From positions 558,001 to 622,000 of the forward strand of contig ML978129.1 of the NCBI GenBank assembly GCA_010015805.1: 64,000 nucleotides of DNA, given 5' to 3'. A program made the position numbers and the translations under genes. Positions 38,797 through 51,919 of the stretch are shown here, piece by piece; positions within the stretch are counted from its first letter, which is position 1; each line of letters starts with the position of its first letter. This DNA comes from Rhizodiscina lignyota (taxonomy: Eukaryota). The notes under the pieces were generated by a model, which did no database searches, was not told the origin of the DNA, and worked only from the letters and a program-made list of their open reading frames with translations.

Positions 38797-40157
38797 CTAA
38801 TTCGTGCTGTGAAACCCGACATGCTGCATCAGTTCTTCAGTCTCTTCGTGGGAAAGTCCGGCAACTTGGCCGCGTTCGAGTTGTTCGAGGTCCGGCGGGT
38901 CTATCGCTTGCAGCATGGCTTCCAAGAAGTTAAGGATTTTGTCTTCGAAAAGGCCTATGTTCGATTCCATCGCCACATGTTCGAGATGTTTGTTGATGTT
39001 TATGTCGTCTGATGGCGGCTGGAGCTGCAGTGTTAACGTTAGCCAGGTGGTCTCGAGAGTGGTAGAATAGTCGAGCGCGCGAAAGTCGAACAGGTGCAAC
39101 ACCAGCTAGCTTAGCTCTTCAACGCAAACAAGAGCGTCTCTGAAGGCTTGGTTTGAGAAGCTTCAGGCAGTGTTTGGCGATAGCACGCAGTTGTAACGCC
39201 ACCAGTCTCTATTGACCGGAGGAGTTGCACGTCCCAGCACTTCGGCATGTCATAGCTGTGAAATGGATAGACTTACTCTTCTGACATACCCCGTGCGAAC
39301 AGCTGCCCAGCCGTCAACCTCTTGGTCAAGATCCTCGTCTCGAAACATCTTGTTGATCTCTTGTTCTTCCTGCAGCGCACTGCTGGGAGTCTCTCGCCAT
39401 CCCCACGCGAAGCACATCTTGAGCGGATCAGCACCACGGTTACCGTAGGCGAGGTATTGTTCCAGACTTGCTTGCATCATGAACTCGGCAGCAAGCTCCA
39501 TGAACATTTGCGTTATGTTGGTAGAGAACACATCTCTCATCGCGGAAGACGCCACCAAGAAGGATGGAAGAACGTCAAGCAAAGACACTGATTCGGGAGT
39601 CCCGTAAAATGCAGCAGACGTTGGCGACAATGACAGCTGGTGAGCAAAAGAGTCCTTGGTGTGCTGAAGTCGGTCTGCCGGAAGGCCCAACTGCATGAAG
39701 TAGGCTTCAACCTCTAGAGTCTCCTCTACTTCAGCAAACCATTCACTCGCTCGGGTTTCCAGCGTTTGTCGCAGAGCTTCAAGATTCTCGGCAGACGGCG
39801 TGGTCCCACTCTGTACGAAGCGGCGCGTGAAGAGCGTGGCGAATTTGAGCAGTCGTAGCCGAAATCTCAGCTTGTCGTCGATGGTGTCCGCGGAGTGATT
39901 GTGCCTGAAAATCGGCAGAAATGCTGTATAAAATTAATATATCCCACAGCTGGGGATTACTACAACGTACCATCGACCATCTGTAACGGAAGATCTGGCA
40001 TGGAAGCGTGCTCGAGCGTGCTTCCCTCCTTCGCAGCGCGCCTTTCGGCGAGCAAAGCTTTCGTAGCGTTGTAAAACAGATATTCGAGAATCATTTCATT
40101 CGTCTGTAGTAGCGTCTCTGGATCTGCGCATCTCGGCGCAGGTATGCCTGGATCCAT
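38797..40157 (-). CDS. Conserved fungal hypothetical protein (3 exons probable)
   Basis: Linked ORFs EMILEYLFY..., RFRLRLLKFATLFTRR, FMELAAEFMMQASLEQYL...FAWG, PPDLEQLERG, with GT..AG introns between them. Confidence 0.75.
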
Positions 40158-41731
40158 ATTTGTTTTGTTGATTGATAGGGTGAGCATTGAAAAGAGTGAC
40201 TGTGGTGAGAGCAAAGAAGGTGCTATTGAAAGGAGTGTGGGGAAGAGACTGGCGAAATTGCGCTGACGTAGGGAATGTTTGCTTCAAGACAATTAGCAAG
40301 GGAAGGAGGGTATGAAGGATATTTCAATCATCGACGAGCTCCAGTTCTCCCTCGTCGATACGAGCCTTGCCTCTGCATACATCTGCATGCAGGAGGGGGA
40401 GCTCCAATGCAGCTAGAACAGCTCGAGCTAGCGTACAGCGATGTTGAAGACGCTTATAATGTCAACACTATTAAGGTAAGCGGAGCTACAAAGTGCAGGC
40501 AGGTTGTTTGTGGTAGGCCCCCAATCAAGGGGATTCCAGATCCGAGGTCATGGACGGTTCTCGATCAGTGCAAATATCTATGAGCGTTGGTCAAGGTTCG
40601 CGAAATTAACTGTCCAGCTGACTTGCGATTTTCTTCGGTGGCTCTTTGTCGAGCTCAGAACGGAAGCCGTGTTTATTGGTGGACTAGCCACCCTCGCTTG
40701 ACATTATAGCCACTACCAAAAGCGTTTAAGGAGAGCCGCTCCGCCAAAACCCCTGAAGGCACTTTTCAGTCGGAGAATATACGCCCCAGATGCGTCATCT
40801 TGAATCAGGTTTGATTTCAGGTTCGGAGAATAAAAATGATGTATGATCTTCAGCTGCGGCACATTTGACGCAGTTTCGCGGTGCGCATGTATGTATCAGA
40901 GGTTTCATTATTGGTGGCGTGGGTTTGGCGGTGCTGTAGAAGGCTCGCGCGGTACGTTAGCGATAGTGTGTGGATTTATCAGCGGGAATTTACCATCCAG
41001 GCGAGGACGGGGAAGAGGCTCTGATCTAAGGCTGCAATAATGCCTTCTTTGAACGCGCCATCACTTTGTTGCTGGCGTCGTGGACGCTTGCATGTCCAGC
41101 TTGCCGACATGAGGAAATGCAAATCGAGCGCTGCGTGCTGCCCCATGTAGCAAAAGGCCTTCTTCACAACGTCGCACAGCTCAAAGACTCTCTTATGACG
41201 CTTGCAACCGTCCCCAGGCCATGTATACGTACATTTGCAAAGGGCGAGAGGCACGCCAGTCGGCTTGGCACGGTGCTCTGCGTCGAGTAAGCGCACGCGT
41301 TGATCTCGTCTTTGGCACTTCACAGGCTCGACACCGCCCGCCGCGTCACTGCAGTCACGTACGCCCCAGTCACTTGGGTATTTATTCGCCTTTCTGGACC
41401 GACCGGCCTTCGCCTTACAACTGCTTTCGATGCGATTCCCGTTGATGCCGCTGCATATCAAAGGCCTTTTCATGTACGCTTGCGCCATTTCCTTCCCTCA
41501 CCGACGTGCATCATTTCGAGGAGTCATTCGAGGCACGCGCAACCCCAGGGTAACGTTGGTGCCTGAGAACCTCGCATTCAATCGGTCCTAGCCATTATCG
41601 TGCAGGGCAACAGTCAACAGCTTAATTCATTATAGAAAAATGGCCCGGATTCATTTTTTTGACCCCATTCTCACAAATTCGATCAATTACATGCAAAGTT
41701 CAAGGAGTGGAGCATTGGCTAATGATATGCA

Positions 41732-43241
41732 ATGTACAGAGTAATCCTCATAGCAGCCCTTTCAGCACTGTTGATATTTCCCGACAGGCTCTCATCACTA
41801 TCACTGTCCTTTCCGGAAGTCCAGCCACTCGACGCTCTCGCCAACTACCTTTCTCCCCAATCGCCAACTACCATGGGCGGCGGAGATGGGTTCAAGGCTG
41901 TTGCCTACTTCGTGAACTGGGCTATTTACGGTCGAGCGTATGATCCAAACCTCACCCTGATGCAATTTCACTGTCACTAATTTCTCAAAGCCATAACCCA
42001 CAGGATTTGCCTGCGGACAAGCTCACGCACGTTCTGTACGCCTTCGCCAATGTGCGACCAGAGAGCGGCGAAGTGTGAGACTCCAACTACAAAGAACCTT
42101 GAACTTCAAAACTGACAATTGCAGCTATTTGACCGACCCGTGGGCAGACACTGACAAGCACTATCCCAGTGATTCCTGGAATGATGTTGGCACAAATATT
42201 TACGGCTGCTTAAAGCAGCTGCATCTGCTGAAAAAGCGAAACCGCCAGCTCAAAGTCCTCCTCTCAATTGGAGGCTGGACCTACTCCTCCAATTTTCCGC
42301 AGCCTGCTTCCACGGATGGCGGACGTAGGACTTTCGCGTCAAGTGCACTGCAGATGGTGAAGGACTATGGATTCGACGGTATCGATATCGACTGGGAGTA
42401 TCCAAAGACCGAACAAGAAGGCCACAACTTTGCGCTTCTTCTCCGTGAAACACGGGCGGCCCTAGATGCGTACTCTCATGAACTCGAACACAAGCCGCAT
42501 TTCCTTCTGACAGTTGCGTGCCCGGCTGGAGAGCAAAACATTTCGAAATTACCCCTTCGCGATATGGACCAGTACCTGGACTTTTGGAATCTCATGGCAT
42601 ATGACTACGCAGGCAGCTGGGACAGTAGTGCTGGCCATCAGTCGAATCTCTATGGTTCGGGTGCCGATCCCAGGTGTACACCATTCAGTACTGATAGAGC
42701 CCTCAACCATTACGTTCAACAAGGAGTGCAACCTGGGAAGATTGTGCTCGGCATGCCACTATACGGCCGTGCCTTCCAGAACACACAGGGTCCGGGTAAG
42801 CCATTCCAGGGTGTTGGTGAGGGGAGCTGGGAGAACGGCGTCTGGGATTACAAGGACCTACCTCGGCCTGGCTCACACGTTCATCATGAACGTGAAATCG
42901 GTGCGAGCTACTGTTATAATCGGGACACCGGTCTCATGGTCAGCTACGACACCTCTGAAGTGGCGCTGCAGAAAGCAGACTACATCACACATAAAGGACT
43001 TGGCGGTGCCATGTGGTGGGAGTCTTCTGGCGACAAGGCTGGAACCGACAGCTTGATCCGGACGGTGAGTCGAACTTGCTGGACATTCGGTTCGACTTGC
43101 ACACACAGCTGATTCACATATAAATAGGTCGTACGCTATATGGGTGGTCACGATGGCAGCCTCCTCGATCGCATCCCGAACAATTTGGACCATCCTCGTT
43201 CTAAATATGACAACCTGAGGAATAATTTTCCGAACGAGTAA
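41732..43241 (+). CDS. GH18 chitinase (group A/class V), 4 exons; alternative start at 41873
   Basis: [47 protein letters not shown] catalytic motif, [23 protein letters not shown]. Confidence 0.95.
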
Positions 43242-43341
43242 TTAAGCAAAGGATTGAGAAGTTCATGTGCATAGACTGTTTCAGATTGTTCATCCCGGCG
43301 TTTCTATGATTCTTATTCCATAGCGTACATATCTACTTCTA

Positions 43342-44265
43342 TCACCGCCGCCTATTTGCTTTATTATACGCACCTTTGCCTTCCTCTACATGTGCACTTT
43401 CGCAGATATCCGGCTCGAGCATCATCTTCCTGAGACCTTCATCAGCATAGATCGCCGGATCTCTCTTCTGTAAGAACACATCGACTCTCTTCTGTCTAGA
43501 AGAAGCCCGCGCATCCTCCTTGACCTTCATCAAGTCCTGATGTGTCCTATCATTCAACGCATCCCGCTGTTCCATAAAATTTACTGACATGCCTTTCGCC
43601 CTTGTTGCTTGCCCTATGCCCCCCAACGCAGCGAACATGACAATAAGAGACACGAACGTCCCATTGCTCATCATCCGCGTCGACTGCGGCTCCTCGTCTC
43701 GCTGATACCAGCGCTCCCAGTCCTCCCACGTCGCATTCCGCATGGGATCTTGGCCTGGCCTCCACTTCGGAGGCTCTCTCGTGAAGCCAAAGCCAGGCAC
43801 ATCGGGCCTGCCCTCCCACCCCGAGCCAAAGCGGTCGTACAGCTGACGCTTGTGCGGGTCGGACAGGATCGTGTGCGCAGCGATAATGAGGCGGTAGCGC
43901 TCGAGGCGGACGTGCTCGGGCAGGTGGCATATGCTCGCGTGGACCTGCTCATGACTGCTCACGTCCGGATGATACAGTTTAACGAGCCGGTGGAAGTGGT
44001 GCTTCGTATATGGCGCACTCCGCTCGAGTCGAAGGATCTGGTACGGCGTGGGCACCGTGCTCGGGTTCTTCAGGGCCGGCCAGCGTAGATCCTCATCCAG
44101 GAGATGAGAGTCATCGTGCGCTATTGTGGCATAGCCATCCTTCCGTTGTGACTCGGAGGATGTAGGCCTGCCGGTAAATGACGCACTTGACTGTGGCGGG
44201 CACTGGTACCGGGCGGCGAGGCCGTTGTAGGAGGAGAGGAGGATGGCAGACTTTTTATGTATCAT
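43342..44265 (-). CDS. JID1: J-domain (DnaJ) protein, Jid1-like, probably mitochondrial
   Basis: PTPYQIL...LVKLYHPD...RYRLIIAAHTILSDPHKRQLYDRFGSGW; NATWEDWERWY; C-terminal TM segment. Confidence 0.8.
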   Translation of the reverse strand: MIHKKSAILLSSYNGLAARYQCPPQSSASFTGRPTSSESQRKDGYATIAHDDSHLLDEDLRWPALKNPSTVPTPYQILRLERSAPYTKHHFHRLVKLYHPDVSSHEQVHASICHLPEHVRLERYRLIIAAHTILSDPHKRQLYDRFGSGWEGRPDVPGFGFTREPPKWRPGQDPMRNATWEDWERWYQRDEEPQSTRMMSNGTFVSLIVMFAALGGIGQATRAKGMSVNFMEQRDALNDRTHQDLMKVKEDARASSRQKRVDVFLQKRDPAIYADEGLRKMMLEPDICESAHVEEGKGAYNKANRRR

Positions 44266-45016
44266 GTCTTGACAGAGCGAGGGCCAACATGGCGGTAGTT
44301 GACCATGTTACACTCAATTGCTGCTGTCGATATCTGACAAGTGGGAGGTGGAGCTGGTGGAGTTCTGGTCGCCGATCGATCTCGTATCCTGGAGAGAAGT
44401 GGGCGCCGGATTGGCCGAAAGGCCGCGCCTGTCGTGTGATGTCGCGCAACTTCCTACACCTGCCTATCGACCTTCAAAGCGCGACCATCTCGGTGAACTT
44501 GGAGTGTCAAAACAGAATCAAAAATATTTAGGTGCTAGCGCCATAAGTTAAAGGTAAGGTTGGGCAGATGGCTGATTTCAGTTCACTCCTATTTCCCCAA
44601 CTGTTCAAGTACATTTCAGGGTTGAGAGAGAACAAAGATATAGCCAAGTCGAGGCCATCTACAACATGCAGCTGACTGAGCTTTAACAGATACCTGAGCC
44701 AGTCGGGCTTCATATTGCAACAATCCCTCGTTAGTCGCATTCACGAATGCTCAATGCTCTGAAGACTGGTGTGAATCACAAAAGAAAGGCGGCCTGGCTC
44801 CGAAGTCCATTTGCGATCTTTAAGTCAAAATACGAGAGCACGCTCCTGGCCTGACCACACTTAATGCTACTGCACAGGTCAACTGGTCTACGCATTGAGT
44901 CCTGACACGCGACTGTCTGAGCGACAGCGGTTGCAACACCCCCTGCCGACTGCGCTGAATTCTTCAATGCACTTATACACAAAATAGACATAGTCCTGTC
45001 TCAATTCAACGCCACT

Positions 45017-46403
45017 ATGCAGCGCGCTAGCCTACCTTCTAGATTCAAAAATGAGACCACGCTGGGTTCGAAGAGTCGTGGCGTCTATGAGCGCAGGCCA
45101 GGACCTGCAAAATCTACACCTATCCGGAAGTACGACGAGGAATCCGGTCTTGTCTATCAGCAGAGTGAGTGCAAAGAGCAAAGGTCTGTGCCTTGGACAA
45201 GTCTTGCATACAACGAAGAAGAAACATTTCCCGAGGCAAATGCGTTTGGGAGCAGATCGCTATATGAAATGAGCCTCATTCTTCTCCTGAGAAATTCCAG
45301 CAGTCTTCGACCTGACACGCTCGAAAATGTACCCTGGCCAATAGCTGAGACCATCTGGCAGCGAGCTATAAAGGAACGACTCACGTCATTCGAGCTGTGG
45401 AGGACATTTTGCATTGCTTATCAAAATGTGCCAGACGCCGGTCCCGTCCTACTCTTTCGTCGCGCTGTTCGGCGAGACAAATATTCATTTGAGCAATTGA
45501 CTAGTGGACTCTCCATGAACATAGCCGGCACTCCTTTCCTTGTCCATCTCAAGATCGACGATAATTGTATCAGTTCTCGAGACCTTCTCCGCCTGTCAGA
45601 TATCAACTGTCTTCAAGTCTTGAGTATGAAGATGGTACAGCCGTCTATTCAGGGCATGGGCGATCGCGTCATAAGAGCTTGGGCGACTCTAGCTTCTGAA
45701 GGAAAGGCCTTCCAGAATCTGCGCATGCTGGAATTAATCGCCTACAGCTCGGTAACTTCTCAAAGCTTACGGTACTTGGCAAACTTGCCGAAGTTGGTCC
45801 TCTGCCGCTTCGTAGCCTGTAGCAATTCTTTCAACTTATACGCTACGGAGAAGAGCAATAATGGCGAATGGACAGAAGCGCTCTTGTGAGTCGAGAGTTC
45901 CCTTCTAAATCACACTGTGTATCCGCACACATTCACAATCCTCTTATTCTCAAAATGCGTTCGGCAGCAATGGTAACTTATAACCAAACAGGAGTGACGA
46001 CCTCTCTGCACTGCCGTTCCAACTCAGTGGAGATCATCGGCGGGTATGGCTCTCGCTTCTTGAGCACAACCTTACCCCTCAGTATCTGCACTGGGAAATT
46101 GCCGCGATAGTTGCTGGTTGTCCGCCCGTAAGATCACACCTGGCGGTCCTGGCCTACATAGTGTATTATTCCCCAATCGCAAACGCAGCCCTGTTCGATG
46201 GGCCCGAAAATGCTATATCAATGTGGTATCGAACAGTTCAAGCAAACCCCCGAGAGAGGCAGGGTGACACTCCAGCAATGGTAGATTCTGGCAAGCACAT
46301 GGGTGGCCAGGCTTCGCTGGGAAGGCCGAGGAGTCATGTGCGCTCGTCCAAAACTCGAAATCTAGATGACATGCTTGGATCTTTCGGAGGCAAAACTGTT
46401 TGA
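45017..46403 (+). CDS. Conserved hypothetical protein with LRR/RNI-like repeats
   Basis: 290-aa ORF with LLRLSDINCLQVL, GDRVIRAWA...FQNLRML, SLRYLANLPKL; GTGAGT donor at its end and a downstream exon ending at 46403; exon junctions uncertain. Confidence 0.65.
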
Positions 46404-47575
46404 GACTTGCGTGAATTGACGACAGCTCTCCGACATGGATCCAAGGCCCATGAGTCCAACCAGAATGGTGGATTCGAAGTCAACCTCTGCCAGAGCAAAC
46501 GAGTGGTTCGATCTTTGTGTAGCTATGCATGGGATCTGTGGGTTATCGCGATGGAAAACCAAGACTCAAGAGCTCCAACAATGGCCTCTTGGTGGACTAT
46601 CATCTGTCTCACCATCATTAGTGCTAGGGCTGAATCATGGCGATACTGAACGTTCGCTAGCTTGCGAATAAAGACATTTGAGACCTCTCACAGTCGTGGT
46701 TCGCGAGCCGTTGGATTTAGGTTCCTTACCCGGCCGGAGCCTCCAATGACGCGGTGAGAGTGACAGCAACGACCATCACTACCACAACAGGCGCAGAAAA
46801 TTTGAGCGAATTAGACTTCTGGGTCTTGGCTGGGACAACCACATTTCCCAGCCACGCGTCCTGTCGTACCTGTCAACCCCACCTTACCGTGGCTCGTGCC
46901 ACCTGGAAATTAAAGTTATGCGGAGGCAACGGACTCGACTCCTGTTGAGGCTCAGATGATAGTCTAAACGTGTGAGCATTGCAAAGAAGGTCTGGAATAG
47001 GCCTCTTTTTCACAATGTAGAAGCAGAGAGTTCCCCGATGTGCCAGCTATGCAGGAGCAAAATGAGGTCTTTCAGCCCTAAGGGCCATTTCTCTATATGC
47101 GCCAATCAACGCTTGCTCTACCTCTATTCTTCTTCGATACCAATATGCTTTGTCTCCTCAACCCCATCAAGTCCCCCGGTCAGCCAAGTCCAGCCCAATT
47201 TCGAGCACGACTGACTGTCCAGAAATACGGACGAGTCGCAATGACTTCTCCCTTTCATCGCATTCATCGGACTTCGGAAATGATCCGAGCCTTGGCTGGT
47301 ACTTGAGGAGTATAATACTATTCTGATTCAGAGATGGGAAAGGCCATCGGCTCCTTCCGGCGAATCACGGCTGCTGAATGGTCTTGAAGGCAAGATCCTT
47401 CGCTCCCGGTTGTTGATCGTTCGGAAAGTCAAAAAGCGGTCCGCATCTTGAACAGTGGACGGCGTACCGAATAGTACACCACCCCCCTGATGAGATGAGT
47501 CTTGCCTTGTCGAGATCCAAGGAGCGGGCCAGCCGTATGTCCGGGCCTTACAACAAACCGGTTTCTGCCAATGAT

Positions 47576-48521
47576 CTATTTCGTGACATACTTCGACTCG
47601 AAAATTTTTGATGGATCGAACTCTTCCTGAAACACCTCATATTCTGTCGATCCGGCCCTCCCATTACCAGGCTGATTTGTCTGGATCGCGAACACGACGT
47701 TCGCGAAGACCCCACTGAACTCCTCCTCGTGGAAGAGGAGCTGCTTCCACATCCTCGCCACCTCCCTAGGTGGGTTGCGGAAGATGTGGCCAACGCCGAA
47801 GGCGCCAAGGACAACCGAGGCGTGCTCGTACATGGCGGTGATGCGGAGCACAGTTCGCATCTTCTCGAGCATGAGCTCTCGCTCCTGAGAGAATGAGTAG
47901 CGCTTGCCACTCTCGTCGAGCTTGGGGCGCCGCACCGGGGCGACAGATATCACAGGGAGAGACTTCCAGTCTGTTTGGTTCCAGGCCTGATAGTGATCTG
48001 GGCCATCGCGGAAGATAACTGTCGCATCTCAGCAACTAGAGACACAGTGGATAGAGTAGAGTCTTACCAACATGCGGCGAGTAGATGCCTCCGCGTTGAG
48101 GCAGCGGATATTGTGAGCTTTCTGAGGCATTGAAGATGTATTTGGTAGACAGAAGAGCGTGGATGAGATTGCTGCGCCGGCAGAAGCATTCTTCAGGTGC
48201 AAGCAGGCCGGATTCCCAATCACCTCCCGGCCGCTTCTCGTTTGCCATATTCACGACTGGAATTTTTGGCGGCTGGGTTAACGCATTGTTTTGTTGCGTG
48301 TATGTGGACCAATCCAGCGCAACGTCAACGGGGTCGCCATCGATGATTGCTACTCGAAGACGGTGTTGCGATCTTTTGGAACTTTCGACTGGGTAATAAC
48401 TGGAATCTGGGATCTGAACTGAGGTTGGCGATTCGTCGGGCATGTACTGAGCAATGTGCGGTATATAAATTCTTTTCGCCTCGGATGCGATATCAGACGG
48501 CTTCGGTTTCGCTGGAGGCAT
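47576..48521 (-). CDS. DUF2263 / microbial-type PARG-like macrodomain protein, 2 exons
   Basis: VVNMANEKRPGGDWESGLLAPEECFCRRSNL, GGIYSPHV, VISVAPVRRPKL, EKMRTVLRI...VVLGAFGVGHIFRNPPREVA, FANVVFAI. An in-frame ATG at 48527 is also possible. Confidence 0.82.
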
Positions 48522-50137
48522 CCTCATAAACAATAATACGACAGGGAAAAGCTCGCGGATTGATGAAGCAGGATAGTAGCAACATAGGATTTTCGATGAT
48601 GTGCGTGGAAATAAGCAATTAAGATGAAGAATCGGGAACTCCCAAGCGCAGAAGAGGTAAAGCAAGAAATGATGCCCTGGTGCCGAGGAAAGGATTTGAA
48701 ATTATACCTCAAAGAGCCGTACTGCATCAGTGACGCAGCCCTTGATAGGCATGGCCAAAGTTAGCAGCCGTGACGAGCTTTTTAACCTTTGTTTCTTTTG
48801 TGCCCACATCCACATTGCCATTTCAGTGACATCGTCTTGCCGCCACCATCTCACACTTCGCGATACGTGTCCAATAGGCTCACGAAGCTGCAGAGTGGAG
48901 CGAAGGCAGCTACGACAGCTTAGAAGGAAATGCGGGAGGCATGGAACTAAGCAGATGAGAAGCTCTCACAGTGGCTGGAGAAGTGGCCGCCTCTGCGGAA
49001 CAAGGTGCCGTCGGGGAGCATGGTGCCCACCGGTGGGGTCTTGCATGGGGCGCCAGACGTATTTGCAGCGAAGGCTAGCATTTCAGATCCAAGCTAAATG
49101 GCGATCCAGATGATGCATGGGAGAGGAACCCAGGTTGACCAGATCGGTGGGAGCGCCTTCTCCGTGGCCTGCATGAGATTCGCTGCCGACTGGGCCCGTA
49201 GCACATGCCACCCTTGTGCAATCAAGGTTACAGATGGCGGCGAGGAGAAGGGTTTGATGAGGGCAAAGTCGACGGAGTCTCTCGCGCGACGTGACACATA
49301 TCTTGGGTTGTCGGACTGCAGAATCTTGTGTCACTATGCATGCGTGATCTGTGTAGGCACTCGCAGCTCCGATATTCTTCGGAGCGTCGAAGTCACCTGC
49401 CAGAACAGCTCTGATGCCGGAACGAGGCCGCGTCCACTTGCAGCGGGAAAAGAAAGAAATTGAGGACTCCAGCATGCACGGAGGTACAAAGACAGCTAAG
49501 CGATCGCCACAGGCTGAAGGCTAAGAGGGTGTTATCTCCACCCGCTTCTGCAAGTTCGGCCACGGCGAAGTGGGATTGGATCAGACCTCGTTGGTGTAGG
49601 AAATCAATGGTAGAGTTGCTTGCTCGAGAAGGGCCGAACAAGCGATATTTCGCCTGTGTGACGCGTGACGTGCTTGCATAGCTTCGGTCAAATGTCCTCG
49701 GGGCGCCTCTTTCATTGATTTGTGCAGAATTGCTGTAAGAGAGGCTGCGGTCTTTGGCGATGGAGGGTGGAGCATTACAGCGTGGTGTAAGACCTGCTTC
49801 GTAGCGGACGGCCAGCTTCGAAAGAGCCTTTAACCTTTCGCAGGGGATCGCTTTTCCTGTTGTAGTTTGAGCGGAACTGGCTCGACTCCGAAGGAGCAAA
49901 AGCCCGTCAGGCTTGCTCTATGCTTGACAGCTCGCAGCGGGAGACTGACAGGTTTCTATTTGTCCTGGCATTGCGGCAGAAGTAGATTGTGGGATGGGCC
50001 GTACAGCTGGGAGAGAAGCCGATGGTTCGGCACGCGCTAGCGCCGAATCTAGATGGATGATCGGCGTCGCAATGGAGCACCAACTCTCTTACCCGTCAAA
50101 GAAAAATCGCCATCTCCCTCCTCCTCACGCCTGTGAA

Positions 50138-51919
50138 ATGCGACTATGGGGGCCGAGCCAACTTGGTCCAAGCATCCATCACTTCAACTCATCATGCCGT
50201 CGACGTTTCCTATCCAACCTAGGCGCGCCACGTACTTCGTCAGTTACCGCTCTTCTCAGCTCGGCCTCCCGTGACGCGTCCGCCTCTCAGCATGTCACTG
50301 TGAATGGCTTCGTGCGATCAGTACGGAAGCAGAAGCGCGTTGCGTTCGCAGCCCTTGGCGATGGCTCCTCCCTCGAGCCTCTTCAGGTCGTCCTGAGTCC
50401 CGAGCAAGCAGAAGGGTAGGTAGAGAGAGCACCCGCCTCCTTTCCGCACATGCTTTTCCTTCGAGGCCGTTGGCGCTGCTTTTCCTCTGCTTATTAATAT
50501 TCGATTTTACAGGTTGTCTACTGGTACAGCGGTCAGGATCTCTGGGCAATGGTCCCAATCTCCTGGCAAGAAGCAGAGTCATGAGCTGCACGCCGAAGAA
50601 GTCGCCCTACTTGGGGAACATGACGCTCAGGTAAGTAAGCCTCAGCATGGCTGTCCCATACAATATTTCAGGAGTCGATACCAATAATTATCTAGTCATA
50701 CCCACTGCAAAAAAAGTATCATACGCCCGAGTTCCTGCGGACTATTCCGCACTTGCGGCCACGAATTCCGCAGAATGCTCTACTCCTTCGCTTAAGGTCC
50801 CAGGTCATTGCTTCTCTTACCTCCTTTTTTGGCGAGCATGACTTTGTGCAGACACACCCTCCCATTATCACCTCGTCTGATTGCGAAGGGGCTGGCGAAG
50901 TGTTCACGGTTGAGAGTGCACCAGACTCCAGTGTCACTAAAGCCACGGGAGAACAGGTTCTCTTGAACGATCATTTCTTTCGAAGCCCGAAGTACCTCAC
51001 CGTGTCGTCCCAGCTGCATTTGGAGGCTCTAGCCCAATCCGTCGGCAAAGTTTGGACACTTTCGCCTACCTTCAGGGCAGAGAAGAGTGACACGCCACGG
51101 CACTTAAGCGAATTCTACATGTTAGAAGCTGAAATATGCTTCACAGACAATCTCGAGTCAGTCATGACTCTTGTAGAAAATATGCTGCGGCACACTGCTG
51201 GCGTGCTTCAAATGTCAAAAATTGGCGAAGAGATACTCGAGGCACGATCAGACGAGCATAGTAAAGAAGAGCAAGACGGCACTGCATCAGCACAAGACTT
51301 GCATACGAGGTGGTCTGGCATGGCCTCTGCGTCATGGCCCCGCCTCTCATACGAAGATGCCATCGATCTGCTGCAGAAAGCTGTTACAAGTGGCCGAAGC
51401 TTCGAATTCGAACCGAAATATGGCTCCGCACTACAAGCAGAACACGAAAAGTTCTTAGCCAGTCATGTGGGTCAAGGCAAACCCATTTTTATCACCGACT
51501 ATCCAAGAGATATCAAGGCCTTCTACATGGCTCCGTCAGATTCTGTGCAACGCCAGCGAAGCGATGGCGAAACTGTGGCTTGTTTCGATCTTCTGGTACC
51601 CGATCTGTGCGAGCTTGCCGGGGGATCTCTACGCGAACATCGTATCTCACAATTGCTGGAGGCTATGAAACGACAAGGTCTCGTGGCTCCCGATTTGGAC
51701 GGACAAAGTAAAGGCGATAGCGATCGAAGGAACTCGAATGAGACTGGAACTACTGCAGTTTCAAACCTGCAGTGGTACCTCGATCTGAGACGATATGGTA
51801 GTGTTCCACACGGGGGCTTCGGCTTGGGATTCGACCGTCTGCTGAGTTACCTTTCTGGAATTCCTAACGTTCGAGACGTGGTCACATTTCCCAGGTGGTA
51901 CGGTCGGTGTGACTGCTGA
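50138..51919 (+). CDS. SLM5: Mitochondrial asparaginyl-tRNA synthetase, 3 exons
   Basis: OB-fold GFVRSVRKQKRVAFAALGDGS; ITSSDCEGAGEVF; YLTVSSQLHLE; PTFRAEKSDTPRHLSEFYMLEAE; PHGGFGLGFDRL. Confidence 0.93.

Noticed and set aside
49994..50137. In-frame upstream ATG extending SLM5
   Set aside because: The extension is not presequence-like, whereas the ATG at 50138 gives an Arg/Ser-rich targeting peptide.
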